From: a virus
Lineage: Duplodnaviria > Caudoviricetes
IMG/VR virus record: IMGVR_UViG_3300048577_000537
Location: 1 to 26,695 of that record
DNA: 26,695 bases
Strand: one strand, 5' to 3'
The position numbers were made by a program, and so were the translations under genes. The notes under the pieces are model-generated. The model was not told the DNA's origin, ran no database searches, and was given only the letters and a program-made list of their open reading frames with translations. Below are positions 25,910-26,695 of this stretch, piece after piece (positions within the stretch are counted from its first letter, which is position 1; every line of letters starts with the position of its first letter).

Positions 25910-25920
25910 TGGATAGTGGG

Positions 25921-26214
25921 TTATTGTATTGCTTCGTTTTCGTCTATCTGCAAAGGACCAGGATCAAGCTCGTAAACTTCTTTCCAAACTTTATCAATAC
26001 CCCATCGAGTTAAAAAATACTCTTCAACAGCCCGCGCTTTATCCAACTTAGGCATTGCAGTTCCGTTTTGATACAATAAAAGCTGCTGTCTACTTTTAAT
26101 ACCCAACAACTTCTTTACATCTTCCTTAACTTGTTTGAAATGCTTCTTAGGAACAGACTCTAAAGCCTCATTAATTGAGTACCGTATTTGCGCTATTTGT
26201 GTTTGTTTGTCCAT
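25921..26214 (-). CDS. Cro-like protein
   Basis: First gene divergent from the repressor; LLGIKSRQQLLLYQNG..MP HTH-like segment. Confidence 0.65.
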   Translation of the reverse strand: MDKQTQIAQIRYSINEALESVPKKHFKQVKEDVKKLLGIKSRQQLLLYQNGTAMPKLDKARAVEEYFLTRWGIDKVWKEVYELDPGPLQIDENEAIQ

Positions 26215-26226
26215 TTGTTATATTTG
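26196..26226 (+). promoter_or_regulatory. Bacteroidota-type promoter toward the repressor gene
   Basis: TTTG (26196-26199) - 19 nt - TATATTTG (26219-26226) matches the -33/-7 consensus. Confidence 0.65.
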
Positions 26227-26245
26227 ATCTGTCATAATGTTGAAA

Positions 26246-26253
26246 CAAACGTA
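26246..26253 (-). promoter_or_regulatory. -7 element of the leftward lytic promoter
   Basis: TACGTTTG on the minus strand, about 30 nt upstream of the cro-like ATG. Confidence 0.6.
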
Positions 26254-26301
26254 CAGAATATTTTCTGTATTAAAAAATATTTTTACAGATTTTTTTCTAA
26301 A
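26252..26301. promoter_or_regulatory. Candidate repressor operators
   Basis: TACAGAA-TATT-TTCTGTA palindrome (26252-26269) and degenerate copy TACAGATTTTTTTCTAAA (26284-26301). Confidence 0.65.
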
Positions 26302-26305
26302 ATAA

Positions 26306-26695
26306 ATGGGGGCAGCCAAAAGAATAGGAGAGTACATTGAAAAACAAAATATTAGTATGAACGCTTTTGATAAAAGCGTAGGGGCTAGTAATGGATATAT
26401 TGGAAAATTAATAAAAAAAGATGGATCAATAGGGAGTAATGTAATAGAGAAAATAGCCTTAATTTATACAGAATTGAATCTATGTTGGCTTTTTACTGGC
26501 GAAGGAGAAATGATAAAAAAATGTGATGGGACTACAGCAGATTTTAATGATTCAATTTTTTTTGAAAAAAAATTAAAAGAAAAAGATGATAAAATAATAG
26601 AGTTAGCTACGAAAATTGGCAGACTCGAAAATCAAATCGAGGTTCTAAAAAAAGACAAACAAAACACTACTTACCGTCTTGCTTCCGAACCTTAA
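26306..26695 (+). CDS. CI-like phage repressor (HTH plus coiled coil, no recognisable S24 peptidase domain)
   Basis: ISMNAFDKSVGASNGYI...LNLCWLFTGEGEM; the only convincing plus-strand gene. Confidence 0.85.
   Translation: MGAAKRIGEYIEKQNISMNAFDKSVGASNGYIGKLIKKDGSIGSNVIEKIALIYTELNLCWLFTGEGEMIKKCDGTTADFNDSIFFEKKLKEKDDKIIELATKIGRLENQIEVLKKDKQNTTYRLASEP

Noticed and set aside
1-26695. CRISPR array, rRNA, IS element, lysis cassette
   Set aside because: None seen; lysis genes and any integrase probably lie outside the window.

Overview
The window is most of a temperate HK97-like siphovirus/prophage, probably from a Bacteroidota host (TAnnTTTG promoters, DUF4373 replication protein). Nearly everything lies in one leftward (minus-strand) block running from a cro-like gene through replication, packaging, head and tail genes; a cI-like repressor at the right end points the other way. 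The strongest signal is a complete diversity-generating retroelement (DGR) between terS and terL. It has an RT with SQ and YADD motifs, a ~78 bp template repeat and two small tandem paralogous targets (139 and 152 aa). Their internal variable repeats differ from the template only at adenines (13/13 and 16/16 mismatches). The targets are not tail fibres, no Avd gene is recognisable, and a 103 aa gene is coupled behind the RT. Other oddities: the HNH-terS-terL-portal module is split by three insertions; three host-replisome-like fragments (stand-alone DnaA domain IV, half-length beta-clamp, a DDLPF-tailed Zn-finger protein); a tRNA-like element lacking an anticodon arm; a membrane-like N-terminal extension on the capsid protein; an internally deleted ASCH-like pseudogene; and face-to-face switch promoters. 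Family assignments come from motif recognition by eye, not database searches.
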